This document shows, one piece after another, positions 9,741 through 15,733 of a stretch of DNA of 22,782 nucleotides. Numbering within the stretch: position 1 is the stretch's first letter; each line of letters opens with the position of its first letter. The DNA comes from an archaeon (GTDB lineage: Archaea; Iainarchaeota; Iainarchaeia; Iainarchaeales; CSSED10-239), in contig DAOOON010000004.1 in the NCBI GenBank assembly GCA_035387745.1, positions 15,115-37,896 on the forward strand, given 5' to 3'. The notes below the pieces were generated by a model. It did not search any database. It was not told the origin of the DNA and saw nothing but the letters and a program-made list of their open reading frames with translations. The position numbers and the translations under genes are program-made.

Positions 9741-10268
9741 TTATTCTCTTAGGTAGTTTGATATATCATTAATCTTAATAGTTTTAGAACAAACTTTATT
9801 TAAATGATACGATTTTGTTTTTGGAAAACTAACATTAATTACTTGCTTTCCAAGAGCTTTTATTTCTTCTATTGCTGGAATAAAGTCTGCATCATTAGAA
9901 ACAAGTATTGCAATATCGTAGTTATCCTTGTAAGCATTAACAACCATATCAACTGCAAGTTTAACATCAACCCCTTTTTCTGATTTCTTACCATCTGGTC
10001 TTTTTTCTAATCTACCAAAAAAAATATCCATTACAGAAATTTCTCTTAAACTATCAAAAAACAGTTGTTGCTTTTTATATGCTTCTTCATCATCGTCTAT
10101 ATTTAATACCGAATTATAATATTTAATTACTATTAAATCATCATTTTCTGAGAGAAAATTACAAAACTTTTCAAAATCAATTTTGGTTTTATAAAAAGAA
10201 TTCCTTAAAGAATAATAGAAATTGCTTCCATCAATAAATATCATCACTCGCTTTATAGAATCAGACAT
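9741..10268 (-). CDS. NYN/LabA-like domain protein (predicted PIN-like ribonuclease fold)
   Basis: [15 protein letters not shown] at the N-terminus, then [11 protein letters not shown] and [23 protein letters not shown], the pattern I recall for the NYN (LabA/DUF88) family. Its stop lies 14 nt upstream of the smc start, so the two are likely co-transcribed. Confidence 0.7.
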   Translation of the reverse strand: MSDSIKRVMIFIDGSNFYYSLRNSFYKTKIDFEKFCNFLSENDDLIVIKYYNSVLNIDDDEEAYKKQQLFFDSLREISVMDIFFGRLEKRPDGKKSEKGVDVKLAVDMVVNAYKDNYDIAILVSNDADFIPAIEEIKALGKQVINVSFPKTKSYHLNKVCSKTIKINDISNYLRE

Positions 10269-10560
10269 TTAAATCACATAAAAGACCGCCTGCCATTGAA
10301 AATCTTTTGGATTTTCAACAACAGGGAGCTAATATTATATATAGGTAACGAAACGTTTTTAAACATTAAAGTTAGATATTTGCTCACGATAGAAATTACT
10401 GCCATCAATAAATATCATCACTCGTTTTATAGAATCAGACATTTAAATCACTTAAAGAAATCCTACCTTTGTGAACCTAAAAGATCCCCAATGGTAGGGA
10501 GTTAATTATAAATATATTATAGCGATATTTTTTTAAATATTAAAGTTGATAAAATGGCTA
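10215..10560 (-). repeat. Tandem duplication of two ~172-bp units (10215-10388 and 10389-10560). Each unit carries an AT-rich promoter-like segment, a leader hairpin and the first 18 codons of the NYN gene
   Basis: Hand alignment shows 10215-10277 vs 10389-10451 is 60/63 identical (offset 174). The central parts have diverged but each still folds into a hairpin (10289-10325 and 10462-10498). Similarity resumes distally (GGGAG[C/T]TAAT..., TTTTTAAA[C/T]ATTAAAGTT). Confidence 0.8.
10359..10442 (-). pseudogene. Truncated duplicate of the NYN-gene 5' end (27-codon remnant)
   Basis: Reverse complement reads ATG TCT GAT TCT ATA AAA CGA GTG ATG ATA TTT ATT GAT GGC AGT AAT TTC TAT..., i.e. [18 protein letters not shown]. 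This is identical to residues 1-18 of the 9741-10268 product. It then diverges and stops (REQISNFNV*). Confidence 0.7.
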
Positions 10561-11589
10561 TTACAATAACCGTTTGATTTTTAAAAAATAAGGATTATTT
10601 GCCCATATTTGATCTAAAATCTTATAGGAATTAGCAAATTTAAAATATCCTAAATAACTAGATATTGAGGATTTTACTTTGAAGAAGTTCTTTTCGTAAG
10701 TTAAAATCTTTAGTTTCTTTATAAATTTCTTAATATTTCGTTTTCTTAAAAACACATATTCTGGGTATATTTTATATCCTACAAAATCAACTCCGGTTTT
10801 TATTTCAAAAAGGTTGATTTTTTGCTTTGGAATTTCTAGTTTTAACCGTTTCTTTAAATAATATTTTATGTTCTTTTTATAGTAATTTAATTGCTTTTTT
10901 GAATCTTCTAAAATAATAAAATCATCCACATACCTATAATAATATTTAATCTTTAATTTGTGTTTTATATATTGATCTAATTCGTTAAGATATATATTTG
11001 AAAATAATTGACTTGTAAGGTTACCAATAGGAATCCCTTTATCTTCTCCAAAATTCGAATAATCACTATCAATAATATCAAATATTAATTTTTTTGTGTT
11101 CTTACATCTTATCTTTTTTTCAATTACTTGCTTTAAGATAATTTTATCAATACTTGGGAAATATTTTTTAACGTCGCATTTTAAGCAATAACCTGTAAAT
11201 CTAAACTCGCGTGAAATTGTTTTTTTAATGTCTTTTAGAGCTTTGTGTGTACCTTTGTTTTTTCTACAAGCATAAGTTGTTGATATCAGTCGTTTATCAA
11301 AAATCGGTTCAATGACATTAACAAGTGCGTGATGAACTACTCTATCTTTAAATGGCAAATATTTAATTTTTCTTTGTTTTGGATCAAAAACTATAAATTC
11401 GCGATATTTTGATTGAGTGTATGTGTTTGCTAATAGTTCTTCTTGAATCAATAACAGATTTTTCTCTAAATTAAGTGAGAATTCTAATGTTTCTTTTGTT
11501 TGTGGTTTTGCTTTTCTTGCTTTATTGTAAGCTAAAACTAAATTTTTAAAAGATGTTATTTTTGACCATAAATTGTTATATGTTTTCAT
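10561..11589 (-). CDS. DGR-type reverse transcriptase (342 aa)
   Basis: RT motifs: YVDD catalytic box at 10921-10932 (YYRYVDDFIIL). IGNLTSQ at 11008-11028, which is the [I/L/V]GxxxSQ signature that distinguishes DGR RTs from group II intron RTs. CDVKKYFPSID (motif 3/A-like). Compact size with no maturase, endonuclease or RNase H extension. Lies adjacent to a TR/VR pair and an Avd homologue. Confidence 0.9.
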   Translation of the reverse strand: MKTYNNLWSKITSFKNLVLAYNKARKAKPQTKETLEFSLNLEKNLLLIQEELLANTYTQSKYREFIVFDPKQRKIKYLPFKDRVVHHALVNVIEPIFDKRLISTTYACRKNKGTHKALKDIKKTISREFRFTGYCLKCDVKKYFPSIDKIILKQVIEKKIRCKNTKKLIFDIIDSDYSNFGEDKGIPIGNLTSQLFSNIYLNELDQYIKHKLKIKYYYRYVDDFIILEDSKKQLNYYKKNIKYYLKKRLKLEIPKQKINLFEIKTGVDFVGYKIYPEYVFLRKRNIKKFIKKLKILTYEKNFFKVKSSISSYLGYFKFANSYKILDQIWANNPYFLKIKRLL

Positions 11590-11999
11590 GTTTTTTCTTT
11601 TTAAAAAAAGATTATTGTAATATCCCTTTTTTTAAGTACTAATTACAATAACTTTTGCATTTTTTCGGCATATTTGGTATCCATTTTTTAATACAAGGCA
11701 AAAATACCTGCCAGGAATATACCAAATGTAGTTGATCATTTAAATACAATCTTTGTTTGTTTTTAAAAACAAATAATACAAACAAACTCTTTGTAAACCC
11801 ACAAGTAATGTGGGTAGACACTACAACACAACGAAACCCGATGTTGTTGTTCGTGTTAGACGGATTGTTGTTCGCGTTCAAGTTCAGAACTCCGGCGTTC
11901 GTTTCGTTGTTCCAGTTACCGCCACGCAAAAACGGTTGTGTTATTTAGTATAGCCTAGGTTTAAAACCCAAAAGAAGATAGATTGAAATATTTTTTAAA
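11590..11999 (-). ncRNA. Putative DGR RNA: template repeat plus flanking leader and a 231-nt TR-RT spacer
   Basis: Non-coding interval between avd and the RT that contains the TR. A small hairpin CCCACA-AGTAA-TGTGGG (+ strand 11798-11814) sits 7 nt after the TR end, and an 18-nt AT palindrome TTTGTTTTTAAAAACAAA lies at about 11757-11774. By analogy with the BPP-1 DGR, avd-3'/TR/spacer would form one functional RNA. Confidence 0.5.
11821..11934 (-). repeat. DGR template repeat (TR), 114 nt
   Basis: Gap-free 114-nt match to 12887-13000 (95/114 identical). In the frame of the VR it reads FLRGGNWNNETNAGVLNLNANNNPSNTNNNIGFRCVV, with 13 Asn AAY codons. It has no plausible start codon or gene context of its own. 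About 48% GC by hand count. Confidence 0.92.
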
Positions 12000-12332
12000 T
12001 TAAGTTGTTTTTAATAAGCCGCCAAGCAATTTACCTATTTCATTAATTTTTCTTGATGCAATCTCATATTTGTTAAAATTTATAAGATTTAGATCTTTTG
12101 AAAGTCTTATAAATAATCTTAGTTTTTCTATTTCTACACTTGCTATTTTTAAAGACTCTTGTCTTTCAAAATTATAATTATAAGAAACTATATTTTCAAA
12201 GAAAGCAATAAAACATAATTTGATCTTTTCGCCTAAAACATACTTTTCAGATTTTGGGAACTTATTAATTAAAGGCCAAAGCCACAAAAAGAAGTCATAG
12301 CTTTCCTTATATACTTTTAAATCATCAAGCAT
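12000..12332 (-). CDS. avd: Avd (accessory variability determinant), four-helix-bundle protein of the 23S rRNA-IVS protein family
   Basis: DLKVYKESYDFFLWLWPLINKFPKSEKYVLGEKIKLCFIAFFENIV matches the family consensus I recall (DLKVWQKA..L...IY.LT..FPK.E.Y.L..Q..RAA.SI..NIAEG). 110 aa, basic C-terminus. In the canonical position between the target gene and the TR. Confidence 0.85.
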   Translation of the reverse strand: MLDDLKVYKESYDFFLWLWPLINKFPKSEKYVLGEKIKLCFIAFFENIVSYNYNFERQESLKIASVEIEKLRLFIRLSKDLNLINFNKYEIASRKINEIGKLLGGLLKTT

Positions 12333-12336
12333 ATAT

Positions 12337-12717
12337 TCATCTTTTTTGAATTTTTCTTAAAACTCCAGAAATCATTTTTAGTTTTTCTTCTAAAGCATCA
12401 TAATTTTCTTTTAAATCTTCATCAGATATCAGTTTACTATTATTTAATAATATTAAATTAGACTGGGTTATAGAAATTGCATTTCTGGCTTTATTATACT
12501 CTATTGCTTTAAGATTTGTATCATAATTATTATAGCCACTGGCAACATAAGACAATATCTCTATTGCAGTTTTATTTGTATCCTCAATCAGAAAATAAAA
12601 GTATACATCATTATTTTTGTTTTCGCAATCATTTAAAATTGTCAATATTTTCTCAACAACAGGAAACATATCTTGATAGATTTTAAAACTAGCAACTCCT
12701 TTATCAGAGATCCACAT
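12337..12717 (-). CDS. Second, divergent Avd-like four-helix-bundle protein (126 aa from the ATG at 12717; the track ORF starts at TTG 12729)
   Basis: FKIYQDMFPVVEKILTIL...AIEILSYVASGYNNYDTNLKAIEYNKARNAISITQSNLILLNNSKLISDEDLKENYDALEEKLKMISGVLRKI follows the same helix pattern as IVS/Avd proteins (SI.SNIAEG...S.KEF..FL.IA.GS..E..T.L.LA..L.Y......L......I..ML..L). Its stop is 4 nt before the avd start. Confidence 0.6.
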   Translation of the reverse strand: MWISDKGVASFKIYQDMFPVVEKILTILNDCENKNNDVYFYFLIEDTNKTAIEILSYVASGYNNYDTNLKAIEYNKARNAISITQSNLILLNNSKLISDEDLKENYDALEEKLKMISGVLRKIQKR

Positions 12718-12757
12718 TATTTTTCCCAATTTTTAAATTAATTTTTTTTGCGCACGC

Positions 12758-12788
12758 AAAAGGCTCGCGGATACTTCCGCGACCTTTT
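12758..12788 (-). promoter_or_regulatory. GC-rich hairpin/cruciform with a 4-nt loop, downstream of the VR (candidate DGR target-recognition element)
   Basis: On the + strand, AAAAGG(C)TCGCGGA - TACT - TCCGCGACCTTTT gives 13 bp with one bulged C (12764) and loop 12772-12775. On the minus strand it is not followed by a U-tract, so it is not a classic intrinsic terminator. It sits about 90 nt 3' of the target stop codon. Confidence 0.55.
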
Positions 12789-12875
12789 GGAAACTACTGA
12801 CTAACGGACAAACGGACGATATGCCAGGAGCCAGTGGTCCAGAGGTCAGTGGTCAGGCATAACAACGGACCTCGG

Positions 12876-14225
12876 TCACGTCGGCTCTACAACACAACGA
12901 AACCCGAAGGCGATGTTCGTGGTAGACGGCTCGCTGTACGCGTACAAGTACAGAACTCCGGCGGTCGTAGCGGCGCTCCAGTCGCCGCCACGCAAAAACG
13001 CATGGGGCGGGCCAGAATCCATAAAAAAACTAACATAACCTAATCCATTATCTTTATTATAATCTGAATTTAATAAAAACAATTCCTTATATCCTATTTT
13101 TGTAAAATCAACATAATCAAAAGCATCAGAATAATTTTCAAATGATCCATTATATTCAAAACCACCTTTCCGTTCATCACAATCTCCAAAATCACTACCT
13201 ATTAATTTATTACAATCCAAATAAAAATCAGAAGTGGTTCTATCAGTCCAATCTAAAACATTTCCTGAAAGATCCCAAACTTCACTGCCATTTGTTAGCT
13301 TTAACATTGCTAGTTGATTTCTTCCGGTTCCTGATTCTGGATCAGCTCCATCATATGATACATTTGCTACAACATCTCCTGCATTCCCTCTTTTTAAAGA
13401 CCCCTGACCAACAGCCCCACTTGACCAATTGCTTGGAACAACTTCAATATTTCGAGCAATAGTCATCCATTCTTCGTTTGTTATTAAATGACCCCCAATG
13501 GATTCACACGCCAATATTGAATCTGTTTGATTAATATCTGTTAGTGGATAACCTTCTGCACTGCTTACTATTGTTCTGCTAGGCACACTATATTTACAAC
13601 TTGCATTTATGTTATTTTGCCAAGTTAAATATAATTCATTTTTACAACTGGCGTTAGTATCGCCGAGTCCATCTCCATTTTCATCTACTTTCATCTCATA
13701 TTTGGCAACACAAAAACCTTCGGTGCCATAAAGATAATTTCCTGGAACTGGAACAAAGCCTGTAGGGCATTGACTAGGAGCTGGGCTTCTGTTTGTGTTT
13801 TTTACATTATTAAAGGTTAGGTAACTGCCGTCTTCTAGTAATAAAGCAATTGATATTTTTTCTTCGTTAATAATCCCTAAAGGAAGCATGAACTCGCCTG
13901 CGTGGGTGATCTCTTTTTCTGGTTCTAGCGGGATATAGTCGTTATAGCCTAGAAGAGAATAACCTACAACTTTAAAATTAATATCAGTATTGCTTGGAGG
14001 ATAATAATCAAAGATATACATGCCGTTTTGTGCGCTTTTAAAGCGCATGAAGGATTGCTTGTCGTTTAGAACATTATAGTTGACAAGACTATCAGTTTTT
14101 GAAACCGAAGAATTTGTAAAGTTTTTTCCCCAGTTTAAAACTATAGTTACAAGAATTACTGCAACTACTACTAAAAGAATTGTTGCAACTATTGGAGTTA
14201 TAGCTTTTGCTTTACTATTTTTCAT
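12876..14225 (-). CDS. DGR target (variable) protein: archaeal type IV pilin-like N-terminus fused to an FGE-sulfatase/C-type-lectin-fold domain with a C-terminal VR
   Basis: N-terminus MKNSKAKA/ITPIVATILLVVVAVILVTIVLNW matches the archaeal class III signal peptide and pilin hydrophobic core. FGE-sulfatase-like motifs: GFVPVPGN...GFCVAKYEMK, ACESIGGHLITNEEWMTIARN, WDLSGNVLDWTD, and terminal RGGDW...GFRCVV. The VR lies at the extreme C-terminus, as in known CLec-fold DGR targets. Confidence 0.88.
   Translation of the reverse strand: MKNSKAKAITPIVATILLVVVAVILVTIVLNWGKNFTNSSVSKTDSLVNYNVLNDKQSFMRFKSAQNGMYIFDYYPPSNTDINFKVVGYSLLGYNDYIPLEPEKEITHAGEFMLPLGIINEEKISIALLLEDGSYLTFNNVKNTNRSPAPSQCPTGFVPVPGNYLYGTEGFCVAKYEMKVDENGDGLGDTNASCKNELYLTWQNNINASCKYSVPSRTIVSSAEGYPLTDINQTDSILACESIGGHLITNEEWMTIARNIEVVPSNWSSGAVGQGSLKRGNAGDVVANVSYDGADPESGTGRNQLAMLKLTNGSEVWDLSGNVLDWTDRTTSDFYLDCNKLIGSDFGDCDERKGGFEYNGSFENYSDAFDYVDFTKIGYKELFLLNSDYNKDNGLGYVSFFMDSGPPHAFLRGGDWSAATTAGVLYLYAYSEPSTTNIAFGFRCVVEPT
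12887..13000 (-). repeat. DGR variable region (VR), the last ~38 codons of the target gene
   Basis: 114-nt counterpart of the TR. It reads FLRGGDWSAATTAGVLYLYAYSEPSTTNIAFGFRCVV. It differs from the TR at 19 positions, 17 of them at TR adenines. About 60% GC by hand count in an AT-rich genome. It ends 8 nt (12879-12886) before the stop codon at 12876-12878. Confidence 0.92.
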
Positions 14226-14273
14226 GATCTCTGTGCCTCTCTATTTATATTATTAATAACATAAATAAATAAA

Positions 14274-14313
<40 letters not shown>

Positions 14314-14325
14314 ATTTTTTAGTTA

Positions 14326-15615
14326 TCAAAAGATATCGTTTCTTTTTATCTCAGTTTTACCATACATGTACTTTTGAAGGACTTTTGGAATCTTTATTGT
14401 GCCTTCCTTTGTCTGATGATTTTCAAGTATTGCAACAAGCGCCCTTGAGGTTGCTATTGCTGTGTCGTTAAGTGTATGAACAAAATATTTTTCGCCTTGC
14501 TTTGTCTTTGCCTTAATGTTTAATCGGACTGCTTGAGCACTTGTAAGATTACTACAAGACGCAACTTCAATATACTTGTTGTTTCTTGGAGACCACACTT
14601 CAATGTCTGCGCTTCTATGTTTTAAATCCCCAAGATCTCCAGAACAAATTTCCAGCGTTCTTGTTGGTAGTTCCATTGAGGTAAAAATCTTAACTGTATT
14701 TTTAATTAATTCTTCATATAGTTTTTCTGATTGCTCTGGTTTACAAATAATTATCTGCTCAACCTTATCAAACTGATGTAATCTAAATAACCCTCTTTCA
14801 TCAAGGCCATGACTGCCTATTTCTTTTCTAAAGCATGATGAAAAACCAAAAATCTTAATTGGTAATCTTTCTTCATCAATTGTTTTGTCCAAAAACATAG
14901 AAATGATTGGATGTTCAGAGGTTGCAATCATGTAAAGGTCTTCACCTTCAATCTTGTAAGCCATTTCTTTAAAGAAAGAAAAGTCCACACTTCCTTCACA
15001 AGCTTTTTTGTTAATCATTAATGGCGTTAAAACATAAGTAAAGCCTTTCTTGTTTAGGAAATCCTGAGCATAATTTATTAGTGCTCTGTTTAGGAGCGCT
15101 AAATCTCCTTTAAGATAATAGAAACCTTTTCCTGAAACATTTCTTGAAGCTTCAAAGTCTGCGACATTTAGTTTTTCTGAGAGCTCTCCGTGATTGAGAA
15201 CTTCAAAGTCTTTTTTTTCTGGTTCTCCAAATCTTTTAATTTCTTTATTTTCTGTTTCGTCTTTACCAATTGGTGTCTTTCTTGACATTATGTTTGGTAT
15301 TTTTTTTTGAATATCAATAATTCTTTCAAATAGTTCTTTTTGTTTATCATCTATAACTTTAATCTGATCAGGGAATTTCCTTGCTTCTGCTAAAAGGTCT
15401 TCTGTTGGTAATCCCTTTTGCTTGTTTTCTGCAATCTTGTCTGTTACACTATTTCTTTTGTGTTTTAAGTCGTTTGCCACTTGGATATTTGCTCTGTATT
15501 CTTCATCAAGTCTTATAATTTCATCAACTAAAGGAAGAAGAATATCTTTGCCTTTTTTTTTTATATTTTCTTTAACTTTCTTAGAATTCTCTCTAATGAA
15601 TTTTAGTTCAAGCAT
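14326..15615 (-). CDS. serS: Seryl-tRNA synthetase
   Basis: MLELKFIRENSKKVKENIKKKG is a typical SerRS N-terminal coiled-coil arm. Class II core motifs are present: FRKE (CFRKEIGSHG), RLHQFDKVE, and the C-terminal GTIKIP...L..YM. 429 aa. Confidence 0.92.
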   Translation of the reverse strand: MLELKFIRENSKKVKENIKKKGKDILLPLVDEIIRLDEEYRANIQVANDLKHKRNSVTDKIAENKQKGLPTEDLLAEARKFPDQIKVIDDKQKELFERIIDIQKKIPNIMSRKTPIGKDETENKEIKRFGEPEKKDFEVLNHGELSEKLNVADFEASRNVSGKGFYYLKGDLALLNRALINYAQDFLNKKGFTYVLTPLMINKKACEGSVDFSFFKEMAYKIEGEDLYMIATSEHPIISMFLDKTIDEERLPIKIFGFSSCFRKEIGSHGLDERGLFRLHQFDKVEQIIICKPEQSEKLYEELIKNTVKIFTSMELPTRTLEICSGDLGDLKHRSADIEVWSPRNNKYIEVASCSNLTSAQAVRLNIKAKTKQGEKYFVHTLNDTAIATSRALVAILENHQTKEGTIKIPKVLQKYMYGKTEIKRNDIF

Positions 15616-15670
15616 AATTAATCACACACAAATAATAAGAATAAAAGAATATAAAAAGCTTTATTTTATC

Positions 15671-15711
15671 AAAAACAGAAAGAAAAGAAGAACTTATTCC
15701 TTCTTCTCTTC
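15671..15711 (-). terminator. Hairpin plus T-rich tract downstream of the FKBP gene
   Basis: Minus strand: GAAGAGAAGAA-GGAATAAG-TTCTTCTTTTC (11-bp stem with one mismatch) followed by TTTCTGTTTTT. It starts about 23 nt after the stop at 15734. Confidence 0.5.
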
Positions 15712-15733
15712 TTTACAATCGCAATCCTTACCT

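Larger units (their letters stand above)
10561..14225 (-). mobile_element. Complete diversity-generating retroelement cassette (target/VR - hairpin - avd-like - avd - TR - spacer - RT)
   Basis: All canonical components are present, co-oriented and in the canonical order. TR/VR mismatches are adenine-specific. The RT and Avd reading frames are intact. Confidence 0.9.

Noticed and set aside
10296-10505. 69-aa + strand ORF in the NYN-RT intergenic duplication
   Set aside because: It spans both duplicated leader units, antisense to the NYN 5' remnant. It shows no coding signature, and its length is a by-product of the duplicated sequence.
10215-10560. Repeated units considered as a CRISPR array or as att sites of an integrated element
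   Set aside because: There are only two copies, each about 172 bp, and they are directly adjacent with no spacer-repeat periodicity. They contain promoter and coding sequence of the neighbouring gene, and no cas or integrase genes are nearby. Tandem segmental duplication is the simpler description.
10561-11589. RT as a group II intron or retron reverse transcriptase
   Set aside because: There is no maturase (X), DNA-binding or endonuclease domain, and I could find no domain V/VI-like intron RNA structure flanking the ORF. The motif is IGNLTSQ rather than the group II type. An Avd gene and an adenine-biased TR/VR pair lie adjacent. I saw no msr/msd-like inverted repeats typical of retrons.
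11639-11929. 96-aa ORF (MRGGNWNNETNAGVLNLNANNNPSNTNNNIGFRCVV...) on the minus strand
   Set aside because: Its only protein-like segment is the TR itself, which mirrors the reading frame of the VR. It starts at a TTG inside the repeat, and the rest is low-complexity read-through of the spacer. DGR template repeats are non-coding RNA templates, so this is an ORF-caller artefact.
12834-13043. 69-aa Arg/Gly-rich ORF on the + strand
   Set aside because: It is antisense to the VR and the GC-rich 3' island of the target gene. The open frame arises from the locally high GC content. It has no start context or motif and fully overlaps a well-supported CDS.
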